Shown in pieces: positions 29,681 through 39,192 of a DNA stretch of 64,000 nt. Location of the stretch: the NCBI GenBank assembly GCA_964415355.1, contig CAYPYS010000003.1, forward strand, positions 68,156 through 132,155, written 5' to 3'. Below the pieces are notes generated by a model. That model saw nothing but the letters and a program-made list of their open reading frames with translations. It searched no databases and had not been told where the DNA came from. Numbering within the stretch: position 1 is the first letter of the stretch; the number at the start of each line of letters is the position of its first letter. A program made the translations under genes and the position numbers. Source of the stretch: an uncultured Planctomycetia bacterium (GTDB taxonomy: Bacteria; Omnitrophota; Gorgyraeia; Gorgyraeales; Gorgyraeaceae).

Positions 29681-30463
29681 GGCGGGCGGAAGCGTGGTCA
29701 GCTTTTTTAAAAACTTCCCCACCTCTCTCGTATTGCTCAGGAAATAATCTGAACCGATGCCCTTCTTTGGTTTACCGACAAACACGGACACGCCTTTTTT
29801 TCTGATCGCGCGAAACGCATCTATGTCCGTAACATCATCCCCTATATATAAAGGAAAGGTCTTTTTCTTTTTAAGGAGCCAGTTAACAGCCCTTCCTTTA
29901 TTCCAATCTAGATTAGGCCTTACCTCCCAAACTTTTTTGCCTGAAGTAACCTTTATCTTTTTAGATATTATATATGGTCTAGTTATTTTATCAAGCTTCT
30001 TTTTTATTAAAGTCTTATCTTTTGATCTTGCAAGTCTATAATGCAGACTTAACGTAGCGCCTTTATCCTCTATAAATACTCCTTTAATATTTTTCATATC
30101 CTTACGTAACTGCGCTCCGATTTTTTTTACAATAGGTCTTGCAATACCCGCAGCAGATGGCCTTGAAAACCTGATACCCTTCCCTTCTATCTCGAGGCCA
30201 TGATTACCTGCATAGATAATGCCTTTTATGCCGACCATATTTTTTACATTCTTCAACGAACGACCGCTTATGATCGCTATCATAAATCTTGGATCTTTCT
30301 TTAATTTACTGATTGATATTTTTACTGAGCGCGGAAACTTCGCATATTCAGGTCTTTTGACGATGGGCGTAAGAGTGCCATCATAATCAAGGAATAAAAA
30401 AACATGCGGAGAGTTTTGTATCTTAGAGGAAAGCCTGTTCCAGTCGTTGAAAAGATATCGCAT
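29678..30463 (-). CDS. otsB: Trehalose-6-phosphate phosphatase
   Basis: FLDYDGTLTPI, ISGR, AGNHG, YIGDDVTD. Confidence 0.94.
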   Translation of the reverse strand: MRYLFNDWNRLSSKIQNSPHVFLFLDYDGTLTPIVKRPEYAKFPRSVKISISKLKKDPRFMIAIISGRSLKNVKNMVGIKGIIYAGNHGLEIEGKGIRFSRPSAAGIARPIVKKIGAQLRKDMKNIKGVFIEDKGATLSLHYRLARSKDKTLIKKKLDKITRPYIISKKIKVTSGKKVWEVRPNLDWNKGRAVNWLLKKKKTFPLYIGDDVTDIDAFRAIRKKGVSVFVGKPKKGIGSDYFLSNTREVGKFLKKLTTLPPA

Positions 30464-30464
30464 T

Positions 30465-31943
30465 CTATTCTTTAAACTCAAATTTCAAAAGCGCCGAGAG
30501 AACCTTGCCCGCCCATTTATAGATATTATTCGTTGCCACTTGCTCGCGCATTTTAAGCATACGACGCTTGGCCTCTTTCTTTCTCATAGACAAGGCCTCT
30601 TTTATTTTATCTGCAAAATCCTCTGTATCATAAGGGTTGATCATGACAGCGTCTTCTAATTCTCGAGCAGAACCTGTAAATTGGCTAAGGATCAAGCCGC
30701 CAGATCCATCTGAATGAGTAGCTATGTATTCCTTTGCCACAAGATTCATACCGTCGTGAAGCGGGCTTACTATGCACATATTCGCGAGTTTATAAAAAGC
30801 CACCACCTCAGGATAGCTCAGATGCCGCCTTACAAAAAGTATCGGCGCCCAACCCTCTTGTTGATGCTTCCAGTTTATCTCTTCGACAAGCGCATTTATT
30901 TCGTCATTGAGATTTTTGTACGCTGGGATATGAAGTCTCGACAATCTACCCATTTGTATAAAAACAAACTTACCCTTATATTCAGGATATTTTTCCACAA
31001 ACCTATCGATCGCACGTAATCTCTCAGGTATGCCCTTTGTGTAATCGATCCTATCCAGCCCTAACATGATGAACTCGTAATCGAGCAAAAATTCTTCGTT
31101 GAGATTCTGCATATATTCTTTTATCTTGTCAGACTCTGCGAGCTTCTTTACATACTCATAGTCCACGCCTATAGGAAACGGCCTTATAATCGTCTCATGG
31201 CCTCCTTTTATAATGGAAAATCTCTCGCGATCAACGCGCGCCTCAATCTCTTTTTCCACAGTAGCTATGAAATTCTCGCAATGATATCTCAGGTGAAAAC
31301 CCAGGAGGTCATTTGCCAGGAGACCTTCCAGGATCTCGGCCTTTTTAGGACAGATCCTGAACACCTCTGGATTAGGCCATGGTATATGCCAGAAATGCGC
31401 CGTAATAATATTATTTCCTTTGGCCTCTTTTAAAAATTTTGGCAGAAGCGCCATGTGGTAGTCTTGAATCCACACAAACGCCTTTCTGTCGCCTATCTTC
31501 TCGAGTATGGCATCTGCAAATTTTCTGTTTACTCTCTCATACATCTTCCAGTCAAACTTTTCGAACTTAGGACGGGTGTAAGATATATGAGACAGCGGCC
31601 ACAGCGCTTCATTGGAAAAACCATAATAATAACCGTCTTCTTCTTCTTTTGTGAGCCACACCCGGTGAAGCGTGTACTTTGGGTCATCTGGCGGCACCTG
31701 AATTCTATTGTTTTTATCCACTGTCTTTTTATCCGCATCTCCGCTTCCATGCGCGATCCACAGACCACTGCACGCCTTCATAACAGGATCAAGCGCTGTA
31801 ACTACGCCTCCTGCAGAACGCTGCCATACGATCTTTCCCTTTTTGTGAAAATGGATGTAGGGCTCTCTATTGGAAACAGCTATCAAGAGATAATCCCCTA
31901 ACTGCTCATCTATGACCTTTTTAAGCGCTTCCTGTGTCCACAT
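30465..31943 (-). CDS. otsA: Trehalose-6-phosphate synthase
   Basis: VSNREP, WIQDYH, HIPWP, DRIDYTKG, DGMNLVAKEY. Confidence 0.95.
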   Translation of the reverse strand: MWTQEALKKVIDEQLGDYLLIAVSNREPYIHFHKKGKIVWQRSAGGVVTALDPVMKACSGLWIAHGSGDADKKTVDKNNRIQVPPDDPKYTLHRVWLTKEEEDGYYYGFSNEALWPLSHISYTRPKFEKFDWKMYERVNRKFADAILEKIGDRKAFVWIQDYHMALLPKFLKEAKGNNIITAHFWHIPWPNPEVFRICPKKAEILEGLLANDLLGFHLRYHCENFIATVEKEIEARVDRERFSIIKGGHETIIRPFPIGVDYEYVKKLAESDKIKEYMQNLNEEFLLDYEFIMLGLDRIDYTKGIPERLRAIDRFVEKYPEYKGKFVFIQMGRLSRLHIPAYKNLNDEINALVEEINWKHQQEGWAPILFVRRHLSYPEVVAFYKLANMCIVSPLHDGMNLVAKEYIATHSDGSGGLILSQFTGSARELEDAVMINPYDTEDFADKIKEALSMRKKEAKRRMLKMREQVATNNIYKWAGKVLSALLKFEFKE

Positions 31944-31958
31944 AACAACTTCCTCTCT

Positions 31959-31995
31959 TAACTTTACATTTCAACAACGTTAAAATGTAAAGTTA
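31959..31995. repeat. Palindromic element copy 14
   Basis: TAACTTTACATTTCAACAACGTTAAAATGTAAAGTTA. Confidence 0.95.
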
Positions 31996-32022
31996 AGATC
32001 CGCGATTACGATTCCATAATGT

Positions 32023-32326
32023 CTATCTTAACCTTAGACTTATATCTAAGAGGGTCCTGACCAAAAAACTCTTCAAGAAAATGAGTATTAGAAAGGCGAT
32101 TATCGGTGATATATCGATACCAATCCCAAAATTCAGAGGAAGCATCTTTCTTATTGGGTATAAGATCGGCTCTGTGACCTTTGTATAAAAACTGCACTAT
32201 TGGATTATAAGGATCCGGGTTCACCCAGCTTATCAGGGCCCTTATCAATATAAGCCAATAAATTAGCGTTAGCACTACATTCAATACGCTCGCCAATGCT
32301 TGTAGTAGATTTGAAAGAATAAACAT
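32023..32326 (-). pseudogene. yggT: YggT-family membrane protein with a single-base frameshift
   Basis: [18 protein letters not shown] continues as [11 protein letters not shown]...IDISPIIAF...LR* only if one base at 32180-32182 is removed. Confidence 0.85.
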
Positions 32327-33384
32327 TATTTGGCTTTCTCCTGGTCATAGTTAATCGCCCTTATTGGATAAGGTATTATAATACCTTCTTTGTTGTAACG
32401 TTCGTGCAGCCGCTTTATGAATTCGTGCTTTATAAGATAATTATCTACAAATTCCTTTGCCCGCAAGATAACTGTAAAATCTATGCTGAAATCATTAAAT
32501 GTGTGATAACGAATAAAAGGCTCGAATCCCGGCACTCCGCCCTGGACCGTTTTCATGACTTCCCTGGCTACCTCGATCGTCACCTTCTCTACGCGCTTCA
32601 AATCAGCCTCATAGTGCACGCCAACCTGGACCAGCACTGCCATCTCAGTTTCAGGATAATAGTAATTCAGGATCTTGGAACTCACCAAAATCTTATTCGG
32701 TATGACAACTACATTATTAGGCAACATCCTGATCCACGTAGAGCGCCAGCCGACTTTTGCTACATACCCTTCTTCTCCGGAATCAAGCTTTATGAATTGA
32801 CCTATCTTTATCGGTTTGTCTACGATAATCTGAATGCCTGAGAAAAAATTCTCCAACGTAGGCTGAAGCGCCAGAGCCACTGCCAATGAACCGATACCAA
32901 GAGACGCGAGAAGTGGCGTGATCGACACGCCAAAACTATCCATCAATATCAATAAACCCAGCACTATTACTATTATTCTTACAAAGGTCCTGACTACGCC
33001 GCCTGAGGTTTTCAGTATATCCACTTTTTTAGAATAGGTCTGGATGAGATTATTGAAGAGCCTGTCCAGGAATATTACAATGGCGATTATTGTCGTTGTT
33101 CGGAGAGCTATTGAGAAATATCTTGATACTTCAGAATCCGTGAGGAGCGGGGAGACCCGTTCTAAGATAAATACGCCGCTTACGAATATCAGCAAAACCA
33201 ATGGGAAATTCAGGGCTGAGAGCAGGATATCGTCCACCTGTGACTTGGTGCGACTGGCAAATTTCTCTATGCGGACAAATACGATCTTTTTAATAAATAA
33301 AAGGATTGTAACCCACAGAAAGTATATGACTGGCGCATATATAAAGGTAGGAATCGTAATATTGAAAAGCACAATTTCTTTCAT
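32326..33384 (-). CDS. mscS: Small-conductance mechanosensitive channel
   Basis: LASLGIGSLAVALALQPTLENFFSG, GWRST, IPNK. Confidence 0.92.
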   Translation of the reverse strand: MKEIVLFNITIPTFIYAPVIYFLWVTILLFIKKIVFVRIEKFASRTKSQVDDILLSALNFPLVLLIFVSGVFILERVSPLLTDSEVSRYFSIALRTTTIIAIVIFLDRLFNNLIQTYSKKVDILKTSGGVVRTFVRIIVIVLGLLILMDSFGVSITPLLASLGIGSLAVALALQPTLENFFSGIQIIVDKPIKIGQFIKLDSGEEGYVAKVGWRSTWIRMLPNNVVVIPNKILVSSKILNYYYPETEMAVLVQVGVHYEADLKRVEKVTIEVAREVMKTVQGGVPGFEPFIRYHTFNDFSIDFTVILRAKEFVDNYLIKHEFIKRLHERYNKEGIIIPYPIRAINYDQEKAK

Positions 33385-33444
33385 AATATACTCATAATAA
33401 ACGACTTGCCTCAATTTGTCAAGGAAATTCCCAGCACAAAGACC

Positions 33445-33481
33445 TAAGTTTACATTTCAACAACGTTAAAGTGTAAAGTTA
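33445..33481. repeat. Palindromic element copy 15 (hybrid arms; supplies rsmI stop)
   Basis: TAAGTTTACATTTCAACAACGTTAAAGTGTAAAGTTA. Confidence 0.95.
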
Positions 33482-34156
33482 GGAAGAAAAAGGGGAGATA
33501 ATAAGGCAAAATTCGCCTCTGGGCGGGGTTTTAGTGAAATGCTGCATTGCCAGGGAAACTTTGAAACGTAGGACCTCTTCATATATCTTCGTAATTTCCC
33601 TGGTAATAGCCAGCTCTCTGTCTCCTAAGATATCAAATATATCAGCCAGGAGCTTCAGTAGCCTATGGGGCGATTCATATAATATAATAGTTTTTCTCTC
33701 GCTGCTTAAGAGCCCCAGTTGTTTGCGTCTCTTGGCCTTTTTATGCGATAAAAACCCCTGAAATACAAAGCTATCAGTAGGCATGCCTGATAAGACCAGG
33801 GCTGATACAAATGCGCAAGGTCCGGGAGCAACTGTGACTGAAATACCATTCTCTATGGCGCGCCTGATGATATTGAAACCCGGATCGCTTATGCCAGGCG
33901 TGCCACTGTCAGAAACAAGGGCGACTTCCTTGTCCTCTTTTAGAAGCTGCACCAGATATTCTCCTTTTTTGATCTTATTATGCTCGAAATAGCTTGTGGT
34001 CGGGGTTGAAATTTGATAATGTGAAAGCAGTTTTTTTGTATGGCGCGTGTCTTCGCAAGCAATGAGATCCACTGCCTTCAGTATCTCAATAGCCCTAAAC
34101 GTTATATCTTTCAAATTGCCTATAGGGGTGGATACTATATAAAGTTTACCTGGCAT
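33479..34156 (-). CDS. rsmI: 16S rRNA C1402 2'-O-methyltransferase
   Basis: LYIVSTPIGNLKDIT, CEDTR, SDSGTPGISDPG, YESPHR. Confidence 0.96.
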   Translation of the reverse strand: MPGKLYIVSTPIGNLKDITFRAIEILKAVDLIACEDTRHTKKLLSHYQISTPTTSYFEHNKIKKGEYLVQLLKEDKEVALVSDSGTPGISDPGFNIIRRAIENGISVTVAPGPCAFVSALVLSGMPTDSFVFQGFLSHKKAKRRKQLGLLSSERKTIILYESPHRLLKLLADIFDILGDRELAITREITKIYEEVLRFKVSLAMQHFTKTPPRGEFCLIISPFSS

Positions 34157-34187
34157 AAAAATATCGTTCCAAGCAAATTATGTCGCT

Positions 34188-34224
34188 TAAGTATACACTT
34201 TAACATTGTTGAAATGTATACTTA
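34188..34224. repeat. Palindromic element copy 16 (AAGTAT subfamily; flanks TCGCT/AGCGA extend the stem)
   Basis: TAAGTATACACTTTAACATTGTTGAAATGTATACTTA. Confidence 0.95.
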
Positions 34225-34241
34225 AGCGAGGATAAAAGGGT

Positions 34242-36071
34242 TTATTCCACAGTAACGCTTTTTGCTAGATTCCTGGGCTGGTCTACGTCACAACCTCTTT
34301 TAACAGCGATATAATATGCAAGAAGCTGCAACGGCAGCGCTGAAACAATCGGAGAGAAAAGTTCGTCTATCTTTGGTATATACGCGACCTCTTTTGTAAA
34401 CCTCTTGATCCTCGCATCGCCTTCGGTCGCGACTATGATGACCTTTCCTTTCCTAGCGCGTATCTCCTGGATATTGGAAAGCATCTTGTCATATGTGCTG
34501 GATGCCGGCGCGATACAAACAACTGCCCTGTATTCATCTATCAACGCAATCGGCCCATGCTTCATCTCCCCCGCAGCATAGCCTTCTGCGGGTATATATG
34601 AAATTTCTTTGAGTTTCAAGGCGCCTTCCAGGGCAGTCGGAAAATTCAGATTTCTACCAAGATACAAAAATGACCCAAAATGTAAATGCTTGCCGGCTAT
34701 CTTTTTAATAAGATCTTTTTTATTCAATATCTTATGCAGAACCACTGGGACCTTTGCAAATTCTCTTATCGCATATCTCTTGAGCTCCTTCTTAAGTAAA
34801 GATCTTTTCTCCGCAATATAGAACGACAATAGATACAATATTGCGAGCTGCGCAGTATATGCCTTTGTCGAGGCGACACCGATCTCCGGCCCGGCGTATG
34901 TATATAAGACATCATCCGATATCCTGACCAAACTCGACCCCACTACATTACATATGGATAAGATCCTAGCGCCTCTCGTCCTCGCCTCTTTAACAGCAGC
35001 CAAGGTATCTGCTGTCTCTCCTGATTGACTGATAGCTATAACGAGAGTGTTCTTGTTTACAATAGGCTCCCTGTACCTGAATTCCGACGACAAATCTGTA
35101 CATACTGGTATACGAGTGAATTTCTCGATCAAATACTTACCGACCAGGCCAGCGTGATAAGCAGTGCCGCAGGCAAGTATTAATATATTGGAAATTTTAG
35201 CTATGTCTTTGTCGTTTATATTCAACCCTTCCAGTACAATTTTGGAATCTCTCAAGCGCGAACTTATTATCTGCCTCAAGACCCTTGGCTGCTCGTGTAT
35301 CTCTTTCAACATAAAATGCGGATAACCCGATTTCTGAGCGCTGGAAATAGTCCATTTAATGGAATCTATTTTTTTCTTCTTTTCTTTGCCGCCCGAGTCA
35401 AATACCCTTACCTTATCTTTTGTCAAAACCGCTATCTCTCCGTCGTCAAGGTACATTACCTGCTTCGTGTGCTTTAATACCGCGGGTATATCTGAAGCGA
35501 TAAAATTTTCACTCTTACCTAATCCCACAATAAGCGGGCTCTCTCTTCTGGCGCCCACTAGTTTATGAGGCTGGTCCTTGCAGATAATACCTACGGCGAA
35601 AGATCCCTTTAGCTCTTTTATTGTCTTTAAAACAGCTTTTTCTAAATCCTCCCTATAATATTTCTCAAGAAGATGGGATACAACTTCTGTGTCTGTCTCT
35701 GATTTAAATCTGTGGCCTTCTTTGATCAACCGCTCTTTTAATTCGCTGAAATTTTCTATTATACCATTGTGGACTACTGAAAAATTCTCTGAACAATCGA
35801 CGTGTGGATGCGCGTTAATATTGGTGGGCGCGCCATGAGTGGCCCAGCGGCTATGTCCTATGCCTACTCTGCTGCCGACCAAAGCCTTTTTCCATTTTAT
35901 AGAAGCGACTAAATCCTTAATCTTGCCCGATCTCTTTGCGATATTGATCTTATTGCCTTTTATGACGCTCACGCCAGCTGAATCATAGCCACGATATTCA
36001 AGCTGCTTAAGCCCATCCAAAAGAACGGATAATGCATCCTTCTTGCCAATATACCCTACTATGCCACACAT
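34242..36071 (-). CDS. glmS: Glutamine--fructose-6-phosphate aminotransferase
   Basis: MCGIVG, LEYRGYDSAG, SQSGETADT, PRNLAKSVTVE. Confidence 0.98.
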   Translation of the reverse strand: MCGIVGYIGKKDALSVLLDGLKQLEYRGYDSAGVSVIKGNKINIAKRSGKIKDLVASIKWKKALVGSRVGIGHSRWATHGAPTNINAHPHVDCSENFSVVHNGIIENFSELKERLIKEGHRFKSETDTEVVSHLLEKYYREDLEKAVLKTIKELKGSFAVGIICKDQPHKLVGARRESPLIVGLGKSENFIASDIPAVLKHTKQVMYLDDGEIAVLTKDKVRVFDSGGKEKKKKIDSIKWTISSAQKSGYPHFMLKEIHEQPRVLRQIISSRLRDSKIVLEGLNINDKDIAKISNILILACGTAYHAGLVGKYLIEKFTRIPVCTDLSSEFRYREPIVNKNTLVIAISQSGETADTLAAVKEARTRGARILSICNVVGSSLVRISDDVLYTYAGPEIGVASTKAYTAQLAILYLLSFYIAEKRSLLKKELKRYAIREFAKVPVVLHKILNKKDLIKKIAGKHLHFGSFLYLGRNLNFPTALEGALKLKEISYIPAEGYAAGEMKHGPIALIDEYRAVVCIAPASSTYDKMLSNIQEIRARKGKVIIVATEGDARIKRFTKEVAYIPKIDELFSPIVSALPLQLLAYYIAVKRGCDVDQPRNLAKSVTVE

Positions 36072-36091
36072 ATCCTACGCGCCTCTCTCTT

Positions 36092-36128
36092 TAAGTTTAC
36101 ATTTCAACAACGTTAAAATGTAAACTTA
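36092..36128. repeat. Palindromic element copy 17 (AAGTTT/AAACTT subfamily)
   Basis: TAAGTTTACATTTCAACAACGTTAAAATGTAAACTTA. Confidence 0.95.
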
Positions 36129-36134
36129 GACTTT

Positions 36135-36764
36135 TCAGCATAATATACCAACATCCACAACGACAACATCCCCTGCATGCTCTGGACCTTTATTTATATA
36201 GAACCCTTTTTTTGCAAACTGCATAGTCGCGGTCTTTTTGGCCTTTACAGCCTCACCCAGGACTTCGCCTGTATCAGCGTCAAGGCCGGACGGCACATCA
36301 GCAGAGAGAATCGGAATGCCGTAGACATTCAAATCTTTTATTATATCCCTTGCCGCTCCTTTGACCTCGCCTTTCAGCCCAATGCCGAATATAGCATCTA
36401 TAATCAAATCGCAATGTAATTTAGCGGGAGATAAAATCTCTTCGGCCTCCACGCCTGATTTCTTTAATATTTCCAAATTTATCTTTGGGTCATTTTTTAT
36501 TTTCGACTTCTGCCCGATTATGTGCACCTCTACCTCGATACCTCGTCTTGCAAGATACCTGGCAGCTACGAATCCGTCTCCCCCATTATTGCCTGGCCCG
36601 CAGAATATTGCAACTTTTTTTCGCGCGCCTCCTCCAAGCATTTCCAGAGCTATATCGCTCACTCCTCGACCAGCATTCTCCATAAGCACAATAGAAGGCA
36701 CGCCAATATCCTCTATTGTCCTGCGATCCAGCTCCTGCATTTCTGAGCTCGAAACAGTTTTCAT
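36135..36764 (-). CDS. nnrE: NAD(P)H-hydrate epimerase (YjeF N-terminal domain)
   Basis: LMENAG, GPGNNGGDG, DAIFGIG, DVPSG; start MKTVSS at 36764. Confidence 0.93.
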   Translation of the reverse strand: MKTVSSSEMQELDRRTIEDIGVPSIVLMENAGRGVSDIALEMLGGGARKKVAIFCGPGNNGGDGFVAARYLARRGIEVEVHIIGQKSKIKNDPKINLEILKKSGVEAEEILSPAKLHCDLIIDAIFGIGLKGEVKGAARDIIKDLNVYGIPILSADVPSGLDADTGEVLGEAVKAKKTATMQFAKKGFYINKGPEHAGDVVVVDVGILC

Positions 36765-36774
36765 GGTGCTATAT

Positions 36775-36893
36775 ATTATAACACCTGCCGCTCTTCCCTT
36801 CAACCTCGGCCTAACTTTACATTTCAACGTTGGGGAAGCCTGTGCCACGAAGTAGTATGTAAAGTTGAAGCGTTTAGCTTATTATGCTAAACT
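36775..36893. promoter_or_regulatory. Back-to-back sigma70 promoters
   Basis: Minus: TTGAAG-N17-TATAAT. Plus: TTGAAG(36865)-N17-TAAACT(36888). Confidence 0.6.
36812..36867. repeat. Palindromic element copy 18 (interrupted/expanded)
   Basis: TAACTTTACATTTCAACGTTG-gggaagcctgtgccacgaagtagt-ATGTAAAGTTG. Confidence 0.8.
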
Positions 36894-36901
36894 TATATGC
36901 G

Positions 36902-39145
36902 ATGAATCCAAAGCGCAGGCTCAATGCAGCCGCTTTTATCCTAGGCCTGACCTCGATGATAGGTCAGATAATTATCATAAGAGAGCTTGTGGTTGTATTC
37001 TATGGTAATGAGCTCTCGCTCGGAGTCATACTCGCAAGCTGGCTGTTCTGGACCTCATTCGGAAGCTATGCGCTAGGCAGACTGGTCGATAAATTAAAAT
37101 CCAAAGAAAAACTCCTCTCTTATATCCAACTTCTTACTGCTATAGCGCTGCCCTTAAATATATTTATTATACGTAATGTAAAATCAATACTAAATATCGC
37201 GCCTGGCAAGATCATTGGATTCGTGCCAATGCTTGGTTCATCTTTTTTATCTTTATCCTTTATATGCATACTTCTGGGATTCACATTTACATTAATATCA
37301 AAGATCGCAACAAGAGAAACCAGGCTCCCATCGGCCGAGATAGGGAAAATCTATTTATTAGAGGGCGTAGGGGCTTCTATAGGAGGCCTGATATACAGTT
37401 TTTTTCTTATCAAGGCTCTCTCGCCTTTCCAAAATATATTCATAGTAGGCGGCGTGAATCTTTTGATCTCGCTTTTATTCAATAAAAATATACTGCAGAT
37501 CCTCTACCTGTCCTTTATATCGATTGCCTTCATATCAAACTGGCCATATTATCTAGAGAAATACACGAGAAAGCTGCAATTTAAACCATTTGAATTAGTA
37601 GAAAGCGCTGATTCCATATACGGGAATATCTCTATTACGAAGACAGGGGAAGAATTCAGTTTTTATGAAAATGGCCTTCTGGCTTTTACGAGCGGCGACC
37701 TGTTGACCAGCGAAGAATCCGTTCACTATGCTATGCTGGAACACCCCTTTCCTGAGAAAGTACTCCTTATAGGCGGCGGCGTCGGGGGGCCTCTGAAGGA
37801 AATCTTAAAACATCCTGTAAAAAAAGTTGACTATGTAGAATTAGACCCTCTGATCATAGAACTTTCTGAAAAACACCTGCCTCTTATAGAAGACAAAAGA
37901 GTAAATGTCGCGCATGTGGACGGGAGACTCTTTGTCAAATCTGCTGCTTCAGAAAATTACGACGTAATAATATTAAACATTCCTGATCCATATAATGCAA
38001 TGCTAAACAGGTTTTACTCCATGGAATTTTTCAGGGAGGCCAAAAAAATACTGACGCCGGATGGAATATTTTCTTTTTCGCTTACTTCCTCTGAAAATTA
38101 TCTAAATCCCGAACAGGCGTATTATTTTGCGAGTATTTATAACACCTTGAAAAAAGAATTCATGGATATTAAAATCTTCCCTGGCGACAGCGCGACTTTT
38201 CTCGCTTCTAATAACGCCGGCGTCCTGACGTATTCAGCTGATCTCCTAACCCATAGGCTTAAGGAAAGAGAGATAGACGCAAAATTTGTCAGAGAGTACT
38301 ATCTGCCTTTTAAGCTGGATCCATTGCGCATTAAATACATAGAAGACAGCGTAAAAGAATATAAAAAAGCAAAAATAAACCGGGATTTTAAACCTATTGG
38401 TTACTTTTATCACGCCTCGCTATGGATGACTATGTTTCACAGCGGCAAAGGCATTTTACCATTTCTTGAAAAAATAAATTTATCTTTATTTATATCGATC
38501 CTTACTATTTTATTTCTCCTCATACTTTTAATCCAGAAATTCAGGAAAGCCAAGACAAGGATGCCTGTGATACTATCCATAGGCACCACCGGCATGAGCG
38601 AAATCTCTTTTCAGATAATCGTCATACTCGCCTTTCAGTTTTTATATGGGAACATGTACTACAGAATAGGGCTCATCCTGACCTCGTTCATGATAGGTCT
38701 TGTATTAGGGGCTTATTTTATAAATAAAGTACTTGAAAGGATAGATGAAAAAACCCTGTATCTAAAAACCCAGATATTTATATGCGCGTATCCCCTGATC
38801 CTTCCTATAATATTTATCCATATAGCAAAAATTAATATAACAAGGCCGGACATAGGGGGAGTCCTGCAATTAAGTTTTGCATTTTTGCCTATAATAGCCG
38901 GGTTTCTTGGAGGAGTCCAGTTCCCACTTGCAAATAAAATATGCCTTAAGGGCTATGAAGATGTAGGAAAAACTACGGGGATTCTATATGGCGTTGATCT
39001 ATTCGGGGCCTGCGTCGGTGGGATATTAATAGGCTTACTGTTCGTTCCAGTACTCGGCATCATCCAAACCTGCGTACTCCTTTCAGTCATCAACTTTCTT
39101 ATATTAATACTCCTTAAGTTAACTTTTAACATTGTTGAAAGTTAA
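36902..39145 (+). CDS. Membrane-fused spermidine synthase-like protein
   Basis: TM blocks flanking EESVHY, VLLIGGGVGG, VELDP, DGRLF, DVIILNIPDP. Confidence 0.88.
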   Translation: MNPKRRLNAAAFILGLTSMIGQIIIIRELVVVFYGNELSLGVILASWLFWTSFGSYALGRLVDKLKSKEKLLSYIQLLTAIALPLNIFIIRNVKSILNIAPGKIIGFVPMLGSSFLSLSFICILLGFTFTLISKIATRETRLPSAEIGKIYLLEGVGASIGGLIYSFFLIKALSPFQNIFIVGGVNLLISLLFNKNILQILYLSFISIAFISNWPYYLEKYTRKLQFKPFELVESADSIYGNISITKTGEEFSFYENGLLAFTSGDLLTSEESVHYAMLEHPFPEKVLLIGGGVGGPLKEILKHPVKKVDYVELDPLIIELSEKHLPLIEDKRVNVAHVDGRLFVKSAASENYDVIILNIPDPYNAMLNRFYSMEFFREAKKILTPDGIFSFSLTSSENYLNPEQAYYFASIYNTLKKEFMDIKIFPGDSATFLASNNAGVLTYSADLLTHRLKEREIDAKFVREYYLPFKLDPLRIKYIEDSVKEYKKAKINRDFKPIGYFYHASLWMTMFHSGKGILPFLEKINLSLFISILTILFLLILLIQKFRKAKTRMPVILSIGTTGMSEISFQIIVILAFQFLYGNMYYRIGLILTSFMIGLVLGAYFINKVLERIDEKTLYLKTQIFICAYPLILPIIFIHIAKINITRPDIGGVLQLSFAFLPIIAGFLGGVQFPLANKICLKGYEDVGKTTGILYGVDLFGACVGGILIGLLFVPVLGIIQTCVLLSVINFLILILLKLTFNIVES

Positions 39146-39149
39146 CTTT
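39115..39149. repeat. Palindromic element copy 19 (35-bp AAGTTAAC variant; encodes C-terminus KLTFNIVES*)
   Basis: TAAGTTAACTTTTAACATTGTTGAAAGTTAACTTT. Confidence 0.85.
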
Positions 39150-39155
39150 GTACGT

Positions 39156-39192
39156 TAAGTTTACATTTCAACAATGTTAAAGTGTAAAGTTA
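39156..39192. repeat. Palindromic element copy 20 (hybrid; supplies amrB-amrA stop)
   Basis: TAAGTTTACATTTCAACAATGTTAAAGTGTAAAGTTA. Confidence 0.95.

Noticed and set aside
6031-29684. Repeat as integron attC sites (GCCTAAC...GTTAGRY ends overlapping stop codons)
   Set aside because: The resemblance is real, but the sites are well below the ~57-bp attC minimum, lack extrahelical bulges, occur in both orientations and flank core housekeeping genes. The AAGTAT subfamily lacks the terminal AAC/GTT, and no integrase is seen.
36072-36135. glmS ribozyme upstream of glmS
   Set aside because: The intergenic space is only about 60 bp and is mostly the palindromic element.
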